Below, in pieces: positions 10,401 through 17,291 of a stretch of 64,000 bases of DNA. The translations under genes and the position numbers were made by a program. Origin of the DNA: Bacteroidota bacterium (GTDB taxonomy: Bacteria; Bacteroidota; Bacteroidia; Bacteroidales; FEN-979); NCBI GenBank assembly GCA_037138335.1, contig JBAXIO010000006.1:81790-145789 (forward strand), read 5' to 3'. Below the pieces are notes generated by a model. The model was given only the letters and a program-made list of their open reading frames with translations. It made no database searches and had not been told where the DNA came from. Positions within the stretch are counted from its first letter, which is position 1. Every line of letters begins with the position of its first letter.

Positions 10401-11922
10401 CAAAGGTACACCTGAAAAGCCCCGTCTCCTGGGAGACCTTACATTAAGCCGCACCGAACTCAAGATTTCTTACCTTAATGTGATGTACTCCCTGGCGGAT
10501 GCCGTGCACATCGATTCTAATGCCTTTATCTTTAACAAGATCACAATTTATGATTCTCTCGGGAACAAGGGGGTTCTCAACGGGCGTATCACCCATGAAT
10601 ATTTCAGGGATATGCGGCTCGATCTTAATATCGACCTGAACAATTTTTCGGCCTTCAACAATTCATATGCACAAAACCAATTGTTTTACGGTAAGGCCAG
10701 CGGCACAGGAACGGTGCATGTATTCGGCCCGCTTGACAATATCAGTATCGCGGTAAAGGCTAAAACGAGCAAGAACACTAATGTTGCCATCCCTATCAAT
10801 CTCACAGCCAGTGTCGCGCAAAACGACTTCATCCAGTTTGTCAATAAGAAAGATACGCTTTCATTGCGGGAAGAGCGTAAAAAAGATCAGTCAAACATTA
10901 ATCTTGATATCGCGCTTAAGGCAAATCCTGACGCTACAATTGAAGTTTTCCTGCCCGATCAGCTTGGAAACCTTAAAGCCCAGGGGAATGGCAATATCGT
11001 AATGGGCATGACACCAACCACACCGTTCAACATGACCGGGACCTATATTATCACTAAGGGGTCCTTCGTTTTCCAGATAAAGAACCTGTTAAGGCTACCG
11101 ATGAGCATTAACGAGGGGAGCAGGATCACCTGGTCGGGTGACCCTGCCGACGCTAACCTGAGCGTCAGTGCCACATACCGCACCAAGACGACCCTCGCCG
11201 GCCTTACCTCCAGTACCGAGGAAGCCCAACTCCGCTTCCCTATAGAAGTTATCTTCCATCTTGGGGGTAAACTTGCAAACCCCGATATTAAATTCAGCAT
11301 GAACCTTCCGAATGTGGACGAAGAAATCAAGGTTACGGTATACAGCAAGATAGATACAACCAATGTCTCGGAAATGAACGAACAGATGATCTATATGCTG
11401 GTGATGAACGCCTTTAAACCTGTGATCTCTTCTACTGCATCTTCAATCAACGTTGGAGCCACATCGGTCTCACTGGTCACAAACCAGATCAATTCCTGGC
11501 TTTCGGGGATATCCCGCAATGTAAATGTCGGTGTTAATTACCGCCCCGGCAATTCAACAGATCCACAATCGTGGGACGTATCCATGTCGACCCAGTTGCT
11601 GAACGACAGGTTGCTGATCGACGGTACCTTCGGGATGAATACCTATAAATCGTCGACTACCCAAAACCCGAACCAGATTGTCGGGGACATCAACATAGAA
11701 TATATCCTTACCGATAACAGGAGATGGAGGCTTCATGCCTTTAACCGCACAAACACGATCAACCTCCTGAATAATAATTCACCCTATACCCAGGGTGTCG
11801 GTATAAAATACCAGCGTGACTTCTATTATTTCGGGGAGCTGTTTCATGGAAAGAAGTGGGCCGAAAAGAAAGCTGAAGAAGTAAGGAATGCAAAGAAAGT
11901 GAAGCAAGCTAAGAAACAATAA
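7477..11922 (+). CDS. tamB: Translocation and assembly module protein TamB (DUF490-type, about 1480 aa)
   Basis: Size, N-terminal hydrophobic anchor, a long beta-rich body and the C-terminal DUF490-like end (LIDGTFGMN...GVGIKYQRDF) all fit. The start is uncertain. GTG 7477 leaves only a 14-aa hydrophobic N-terminus, while the in-frame upstream codons (KTLIKIFVFAC) would complete a TM helix but contain no ATG, GTG or TTG. Confidence 0.8.
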   Translation: MIIFSLAFTLWSVVRSPGVQTLVVRIAAAYLSREWKTEVRIRSFSLNPWDGLVINDISIKDRKGEYALNAKELSIRPGLMQFKKHRINIDKVFVDRGIVQLLVHKGDTSLNIQPFIDYFATKDTTRKPDTVKGKPWDLTVSNVIMNSTRFHLENMNTERTPVGMDYANIDVSDINLHLTDLRFDADTIRANIKDLSAKERCGFHVQHLSGEFHVSPGFLKANHLKVLTDNSDLSLSFAFLYPSWGAYNDFLNAITIKADISPTYLDLADIGFFAPDIRRMKDRFRFEGKIDGTVSNFRARDFRIAYGTNTYFWGNVRAFGLPNVEETFVDLAVKTMTTNKQDIESFLLPNAEDSIKLPGILANIGVLSFTGNFTGYYNDFVSNALFRTNLGSVRTDLIMHRTRDEYKLSYQGQLDVTGFDIGKLIGDTASIGVTTFRGEIKGKGLSSANADVELNIHVDSTRLLKYNYHKLDLRGLLFDKRFTGYLDIADTNLALSFVGMMNFSDSIPGFDFSAEIKHAQLFNLGFLHRDSTEIIASLIKANFTGNKLDNINGYIGLENTNYVEGNKSIHMKKLMLTNAINEKGDKSYHLKSDFVDADMSGNFSFKQVVPSLYTFIKNYLASFYLKDSVKYEALVTSGQVLKCNVRFKNTDQLTNIFIPFLKVSENATLEGSYDELKGLLSLKGNAPFIDVSGIYIPNWYVDAQTSSRELTLNTGSDAVYFKKASKNDSIEVKLDTFNLRSHIHHDTILYAFSWTEAGRLSGFDGYVSFLNNPKTEIKITNMGVLLNNREWTVDRENYITIDTNLIDIHRLFFTTAEQFMRADGIVSARPQDTLSLSFNQVDISPLDRLTGSTAIDVEGMLSGKVKLTNVYKDIRLLSDLRLDKFKFNKELLGDAILNVNYVKADNRFDVRSRIEYTGNVGKNIPFDLSGSFYAGKTPRLDFTLDLKNLNLKMLQPFVKSFMSGLNGWASGHATIKGTPEKPRLLGDLTLSRTELKISYLNVMYSLADAVHIDSNAFIFNKITIYDSLGNKGVLNGRITHEYFRDMRLDLNIDLNNFSAFNNSYAQNQLFYGKASGTGTVHVFGPLDNISIAVKAKTSKNTNVAIPINLTASVAQNDFIQFVNKKDTLSLREERKKDQSNINLDIALKANPDATIEVFLPDQLGNLKAQGNGNIVMGMTPTTPFNMTGTYIITKGSFVFQIKNLLRLPMSINEGSRITWSGDPADANLSVSATYRTKTTLAGLTSSTEEAQLRFPIEVIFHLGGKLANPDIKFSMNLPNVDEEIKVTVYSKIDTTNVSEMNEQMIYMLVMNAFKPVISSTASSINVGATSVSLVTNQINSWLSGISRNVNVGVNYRPGNSTDPQSWDVSMSTQLLNDRLLIDGTFGMNTYKSSTTQNPNQIVGDINIEYILTDNRRWRLHAFNRTNTINLLNNNSPYTQGVGIKYQRDFYYFGELFHGKKWAEKKAEEVRNAKKVKQAKKQ

Positions 11923-14900
11923 TGTCGTTTACCGTATACAAGAGCTCAGCCGGATCAGGTAAAACCTATACACTGGTAAAGGAATACCTGAACATCATCC
12001 TCCGGGATACCGACAGTTTCAGGAATATCCTGGCAGTCACGTTCACCAATAAAGCGGCAGGGGAAATGAAGCACAGGGTGCTTGCATGCCTCGAAGAACT
12101 TTCATGTGAACTCGCAGGTAAAGGCAAAACCACAAGGACCCTGCTCCCCAAGCTGGCCGAAGAAACCGGGCTGAGTGAGAAAGAGATCGGTATAAAGGCA
12201 GGCGAGGCCCTGAAGAAGATACTCCATCATTATTCGGATTTCTCGATCGGGACCATTGACAGTTTCTCCCATCGCATCATACGGGCATTTGCCCATGACT
12301 TCGGGCTGCCGGTAAATTTCAAGGTGGAGCTCGATGCAGATGAACTCATAGAAAATGCAGTTGACCTTCTTCTCGACAAAGCCGGTAGTGACGAACAACT
12401 GACCTCCCTTCTGGTGAATTTCCTCGAAACCAACATGGAGGATGATAAAAGCTGGGCAATTGAAAAGTCACTGATGGACTTCTCAGCGCTGCTGTTTGAT
12501 GAAGAAAGCCAGATGCAGCTTCCTAAGTTGAGATCCCTCAGTATTGAAGACTTTAAAAACATTGCAGGGTTTTTAAGGAAGAGGACAAAGGAATTTGAAC
12601 GTTCAGTGCAGGAAGAAGCAGGCGCAGCCTGGAAGGCTGTCTGCGACTCGGGTCTTGAGCACCAGGCCTTCGCCTATGGGAAGTCAGGGGTCTCCTGGTA
12701 TTTTGAACAACTCGCTGAGGGCCGCACCGAAAAACTCATCCCCGGAGACAGGCTGGTGGCTGCAGTTGAAAAAGACAGCTGGGCCAGCGGTAAAGCCACA
12801 TCCGCCGACATGGAAAAAATAGAGAGCATCAGGCCTGTGCTTTATACCGCTTTCAGGAAGCTGCAACAACTTACAGGAACATCCTACAGTGCATACAAGC
12901 TGAATAAGCTCCTGATGAAATCGATCTATCCCCTTGCTGTGCTCAACAGCATCGACCGCATCCTCCAGGAGTTCAAGAAACAGAACAACATCATTCATAT
13001 TTCAGAGTTCAACAGCCGCATCGCGAAGATCGTCCTTGGCGAACCTGTTCCTTTTATATACGAACGGATTGGCGAGAAGTACCAGCATATCCTAATTGAC
13101 GAGTTCCAGGATACCTCGGCGCTCCAGTGGCAGAATTTTGTGCCCCTGATTGAAAATTCCCTGGCGTCGGGCTTCTTTAACCTGGTGGTTGGGGACGGTA
13201 AACAGGCTATTTACCGATGGAGGAGTGGGGATGTTGAACAGTTTACATCCCTTCCATCGCTCCAGGGAAGCGATGAAAACCCTTTAATCCTGGAAAGGCA
13301 GGAAGCCCTTGAACGGAACTTTAATGAAAAGCTGCTCGACAGGAATTTCCGTTCGGGGAAGGAAATCGTAAATTTTAATAATGATTTCTTCGGATTTGTG
13401 AGCGGGGAGCTCGACGCGCCGCGCAAAAAAGTGTATGAAAGCCTTGTGCAGCTTGCTGATGAAAGTAAGGAGGGAGGCTATATCAATATTTCTTTTACAG
13501 GTAAAAGTGAAGAAGAAGGCGGGACGGCCAGGGATGTGATGCTAAAGAAGATCCTGTCGATCATAAGCTCTTGCCGGAACGATGGGTTCAGGGCTAAAGA
13601 CATTGCCGTATTATGCCGTTCCAACAACGAGGCTTCTCAGGTTGCACAAACCCTGATCGGGAACGGCATACCCGTTGTTTCGGGCGAATCGCTTCTGCTG
13701 AATTATTCTCCCCTTGTGAGGATGCTCACAGGGCTTGTAAGATACATTTTCGGACCGGTCCATCCTGTGATCCAGGCCGAAATCCTCCAGCGTTACTGCG
13801 ATCTCCATCCCGGCTTGAAGCCTTTCTACAGATCCTGGCTTGGTTTGGAGCAGGCAAAACGGACGAAAGAGTTTCATGATTTCCTGGATGAAAGGATAGG
13901 GGGGGGCGGAGCAGGCTTCCTTAAAACTTTGCCTGTTTACGACCTTTTTATCAGGCTGGTCAACAGTTTCTGCCCGGCCGCGGCAGGGGATCCGTATATT
14001 CAGTTTTTCCTGAATGCAGTGCTGAAATTCAGTTCCGACAAATCCTCATCCGCCACCGATTTCCTTGAATGGTGGGACGATCACCACGAGAAACTTTCAG
14101 TGATCATGCCTTCGGGTTTCGATGCGGTCAAAATAATGACGATCCATAAAGCCAAGGGGCTTCAGTTCCCTGTTGTGATCTACCCGTTTGCAGGAGAAAA
14201 GCATAAAAATACCAGGAAGTATCTGTGGGGGGACCTGGATCACAATGAAGTTCCCTCTCTGCCTGCCGCCCTGATGCCAGCGGGCCGGGATATGGAAGGG
14301 ACTGTTTTCGCCGGAAAGTATGAAGAGGAAACGCAAAAATCAATGCTCGACCTTCTCAATGTGCTCTACGTAGTTATGACCAGGCCTGAGCAACGCTTAT
14401 TCATTCTTCCTCCCATACCGGCTAAAAAAACCGAGGGGCGGCCTTCCGTGCCGGCATTGTTAAAAGCCTGGTTGCAGAATAAACAACTATGGGAAGACGG
14501 TCGTTATGATTATGAATTCGGGCATGCTGCTGCCGTGATTCCCGTGCCCGCAGAGGAAATGAACATACTGCCAATGCCGGGCGTTTCGTTTACCGACTGG
14601 AGGGAAAGGATAGGGATACGTTCCCGTGCCCCTGAGATATGGAACCTTGACGATCCGGATAAAAACAGGAGGTTCGGCAATGTGCTTCATACAATACTTG
14701 CGGGGATTACGTCTGAAAATAATGCCGATAATGCCATTTCCGTGATGCTGGAAAATGGATTGCTCGACAGATCAAAAGAAGACGAGGTCCGCTCCAGGAT
14801 CAGGAAAATACTAACGGACCCGGATCTGGCTTTTATTTTTGATGAGAAGGCGGATGTGCGTCCTGAGTCTGAAATCCTTACTCCGGGCGGACATGCAGTG

Positions 14901-15089
14901 CGCCCCGACAGGGTTATCCTCAGGGGAAACCAGGCGGTTGTCGTAGATTATAAAACCGGCCGGGCCGATGAGAAATACGGGACCCAGCTTTTGCATTATG
15001 CGAAACACCTGGAAGCAATGGGATATAAGGATGTTAAAAAGTATCTGTTATACCTGGAGCCGGAAGTAATGCTTGAGGAAGTTTTTTAA
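11922..15089 (+). CDS. AddA/RecB-like UvrD-family helicase with C-terminal PD-(D/E)XK nuclease
   Basis: Walker A is AGSGKTYTL, with helicase motifs (DEFQDTS, GDGKQAIYRWR, TIHKAKGLQFP). The C-terminal nuclease motif is RPDRVIL...VVDYKTG...QLLHY. The ATG overlaps the tamB stop (TAATG). Confidence 0.8.
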   Translation: MSFTVYKSSAGSGKTYTLVKEYLNIILRDTDSFRNILAVTFTNKAAGEMKHRVLACLEELSCELAGKGKTTRTLLPKLAEETGLSEKEIGIKAGEALKKILHHYSDFSIGTIDSFSHRIIRAFAHDFGLPVNFKVELDADELIENAVDLLLDKAGSDEQLTSLLVNFLETNMEDDKSWAIEKSLMDFSALLFDEESQMQLPKLRSLSIEDFKNIAGFLRKRTKEFERSVQEEAGAAWKAVCDSGLEHQAFAYGKSGVSWYFEQLAEGRTEKLIPGDRLVAAVEKDSWASGKATSADMEKIESIRPVLYTAFRKLQQLTGTSYSAYKLNKLLMKSIYPLAVLNSIDRILQEFKKQNNIIHISEFNSRIAKIVLGEPVPFIYERIGEKYQHILIDEFQDTSALQWQNFVPLIENSLASGFFNLVVGDGKQAIYRWRSGDVEQFTSLPSLQGSDENPLILERQEALERNFNEKLLDRNFRSGKEIVNFNNDFFGFVSGELDAPRKKVYESLVQLADESKEGGYINISFTGKSEEEGGTARDVMLKKILSIISSCRNDGFRAKDIAVLCRSNNEASQVAQTLIGNGIPVVSGESLLLNYSPLVRMLTGLVRYIFGPVHPVIQAEILQRYCDLHPGLKPFYRSWLGLEQAKRTKEFHDFLDERIGGGGAGFLKTLPVYDLFIRLVNSFCPAAAGDPYIQFFLNAVLKFSSDKSSSATDFLEWWDDHHEKLSVIMPSGFDAVKIMTIHKAKGLQFPVVIYPFAGEKHKNTRKYLWGDLDHNEVPSLPAALMPAGRDMEGTVFAGKYEEETQKSMLDLLNVLYVVMTRPEQRLFILPPIPAKKTEGRPSVPALLKAWLQNKQLWEDGRYDYEFGHAAAVIPVPAEEMNILPMPGVSFTDWRERIGIRSRAPEIWNLDDPDKNRRFGNVLHTILAGITSENNADNAISVMLENGLLDRSKEDEVRSRIRKILTDPDLAFIFDEKADVRPESEILTPGGHAVRPDRVILRGNQAVVVDYKTGRADEKYGTQLLHYAKHLEAMGYKDVKKYLLYLEPEVMLEEVF

Positions 15090-15109
15090 GATCGTGATAA
15101 CGGGATAAC

Positions 15110-16537
15110 ATGATGAATTTAGAAGAAGAAATCGTAAAACATTACCGCTGCTGGAGCGGAAGCGATGCCCTGAAAATTGAAAAAATCGCAGCCTCAGGTT
15201 CATACCGTCAATATTTCAGGGTGATTGGCGCCTCGGGAAGCATAGTCGCGGCATATAACGCCGATGTACGTGAAAACCTTGCGTTCCTTAAATTTACAAG
15301 GCATTTCAGGGCGATGCACCTGCCTGTGCCGCTTGTGCTTTATTCCAGCCCGGATTCAGCTTTTTACCTGCTAGAAGACCTGGGCGATACCACTTTATAT
15401 TCAGCCCTGACAAAACTCCGCAGGAAAGAGAATTATATCCACCCTGATGTCGTAAAAATTTACCTTAAGGTTATTGAACTCCTTCCGGGGTTCCAGATAA
15501 TAGCCGGGCACAGCATACCTTTCAGCTATTGCTATCCAAGGCCGGCATTTGACAGGCAAAGCATGATGTGGGACCTGAACTATTTCAAATATTATTTCCT
15601 GAAACTGGCAAGGGTCTCGTTTGATGAGCAACTGCTGGAGGAGGATTTCAACGCCTTTACCGCTTTCCTTCTTGAAGCCCAGGGGGATCATTTCATGTAC
15701 CGTGATTTTCAGTCAAGGAACATCATGATACATAATAATACTCCCTGGTTTATCGATTACCAGGGTGGCAGGAAAGGCCCGCTTCAATATGACCTGGCAT
15801 CACTTCTGTATGATGCAAAAGCTGATCTCCCTGAGGATTTCAGGGGCCAGCTTGTAAACCATTACATCAACACAGTAACGAAACTCAGCTCCCTGGAGGA
15901 AACGAACTTTCGCAAGTATTTTGACGGATTCGTTTTGATAAGGATATTGCAGGCCATGGGGGCATATGGGTTCCGGGGTTATTATGAGAACAAACCGCTC
16001 TTTCTTCAGAGCATACCTTATGCGGTGAAGAACCTGAAAACCCTGCTTGACAGGGACCATATCCCTGTTAAACTTCCGATGCTGATGAAAGCCCTGGGCG
16101 AGATCATTGGCAATCCTGATTTTTCAGCTATCAGGGCGACTTCATCGGACCTTACTGTGAAGATCTTCAGTTTTTCGTATAAAAAAGAACTGCCAGCAGA
16201 TGAGAGTGGCAATGGCGGAGGATTTGTTTTCGACTGCCGTGCCTTACCCAATCCCGGAAGATATCCCGAGTTTGCTGATCTCACCGGGAAGGACAGGCTG
16301 GTCGTGGACTTTCTGAGAAAAGAACCTGAAGTCGATGCCTTCCTGAACCATGTGTTCAGCCTTGTAAGCCAAAGTGTAAGGAACTATACAGACCGTGGAT
16401 TTAAAAGCCTGATGGTCAGTTTCGGCTGCACTGGGGGACAGCACCGCTCGGTATATTCAGCGGAGGAACTGTCAAAATACCTGGTTGAGAAATTTAATGT
16501 GAAAGTGGAACTTAACCACACCAATTTAAAATTGTGA
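15110..16537 (+). CDS. AmgK-like anomeric sugar kinase (APH fold) fused to a RapZ C-terminal-like domain
   Basis: The N-terminal 330 aa or so carry ASGSYRQYFRV, YRDFQSRNIMI and IDYQGGRKGPLQYDLASLLYD, which are the APH/AmgK catalytic and Mg loops. The C-terminal 130 aa or so (from about nt 16140) carry FVFDCRALPNPGRY...LTGKD...GCTGGQHRSV, the RapZ/YvcJ C-domain signature. There is no P-loop. Confidence 0.75.
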   Translation: MMNLEEEIVKHYRCWSGSDALKIEKIAASGSYRQYFRVIGASGSIVAAYNADVRENLAFLKFTRHFRAMHLPVPLVLYSSPDSAFYLLEDLGDTTLYSALTKLRRKENYIHPDVVKIYLKVIELLPGFQIIAGHSIPFSYCYPRPAFDRQSMMWDLNYFKYYFLKLARVSFDEQLLEEDFNAFTAFLLEAQGDHFMYRDFQSRNIMIHNNTPWFIDYQGGRKGPLQYDLASLLYDAKADLPEDFRGQLVNHYINTVTKLSSLEETNFRKYFDGFVLIRILQAMGAYGFRGYYENKPLFLQSIPYAVKNLKTLLDRDHIPVKLPMLMKALGEIIGNPDFSAIRATSSDLTVKIFSFSYKKELPADESGNGGGFVFDCRALPNPGRYPEFADLTGKDRLVVDFLRKEPEVDAFLNHVFSLVSQSVRNYTDRGFKSLMVSFGCTGGQHRSVYSAEELSKYLVEKFNVKVELNHTNLKL

Positions 16538-16553
16538 ACCCTGATCGGCGAAT

Positions 16554-16569
16554 CGTGAACCGGTTCACG
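16554..16569. promoter_or_regulatory. Perfect 16-bp palindrome CGTGAACCGGTTCACG in the amgK-like/murU-like spacer
   Basis: Read directly from the sequence. A further GTGAACC copy overlaps the upstream stop codon at 16534-16540. Confidence 0.6.
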
Positions 16570-16593
16570 GTCAACCTTTATTTAAGATAACGT

Positions 16594-17289
16594 ATGAAAG
16601 CAATGATCCTTGCAGCCGGACTAGGGACACGGCTCAGACCCATAACCGACACCATGCCCAAAGCCCTGGTGGAGATTAACGGGAAGACCCTGCTTGAGCA
16701 TTCCATAGACCACCTGCAGTTTTTCGGTGTGAAGGAAGCGATTATCAACGTGCATCATTTTCCCGACATGATCATCGGCTTTCTGAAAAAGAAAAAGAAC
16801 TTCGGTATGAAAATAGAGGTCTCCGACGAACGGGATGCCTTGCTCGATACGGGTGGGGGATTAAAGAAAGCTTCGTGGTTTTTCGAAGGAGGGGGGCCTT
16901 TTATCGTCAGGAATGTGGATGTGCTTTCAAACCTTGACCTGGGGGCCATGCTTGAGTTTCACCAGAAGCACAAACCTGTGGCTACTCTTGCCGTAAGGAA
17001 CCGGGAGACTTCACGTTACATGCTTTTCAATGAGCGCTTCGAGCTCATCGGGTGGACCAATGTGAGCAGCGGTGAAAGAAAATTAAGCAGGAAGGACTTT
17101 AAGCATATGCACCCGCTCGCTTTTTCGGGGATACAGATCCTGGATCCGTCGGTGATTCCCCTTATCAACGAAGAAGACAGGTTTTCACTCATCAGCATGT
17201 ACCTCAGGCTTTCGAGGGATAAACGGATCTGTGCATTCAACGATAACGATTCATTCTGGTTCGACGCCGGAAAAAGGGAGGAAGCCTGA
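16594..17289 (+). CDS. MurU-like sugar-1-phosphate nucleotidyltransferase
   Basis: The N-terminal MILAAGLGTRLRPITDTMPKALV is the GlmU/RmlA-type NTP-transferase signature. Its size and position directly after an AmgK-like kinase match the amgK-murU pairing. Confidence 0.75.
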   Translation: MKAMILAAGLGTRLRPITDTMPKALVEINGKTLLEHSIDHLQFFGVKEAIINVHHFPDMIIGFLKKKKNFGMKIEVSDERDALLDTGGGLKKASWFFEGGGPFIVRNVDVLSNLDLGAMLEFHQKHKPVATLAVRNRETSRYMLFNERFELIGWTNVSSGERKLSRKDFKHMHPLAFSGIQILDPSVIPLINEEDRFSLISMYLRLSRDKRICAFNDNDSFWFDAGKREEA

Positions 17290-17291
17290 TA

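Noticed and set aside
13611-13879. Pair of mirror 88-aa ORFs on both strands inside the addA-like gene
   Set aside because: Both are out of frame with the helicase, whose conserved motifs continue through this region. They are chance open frames.
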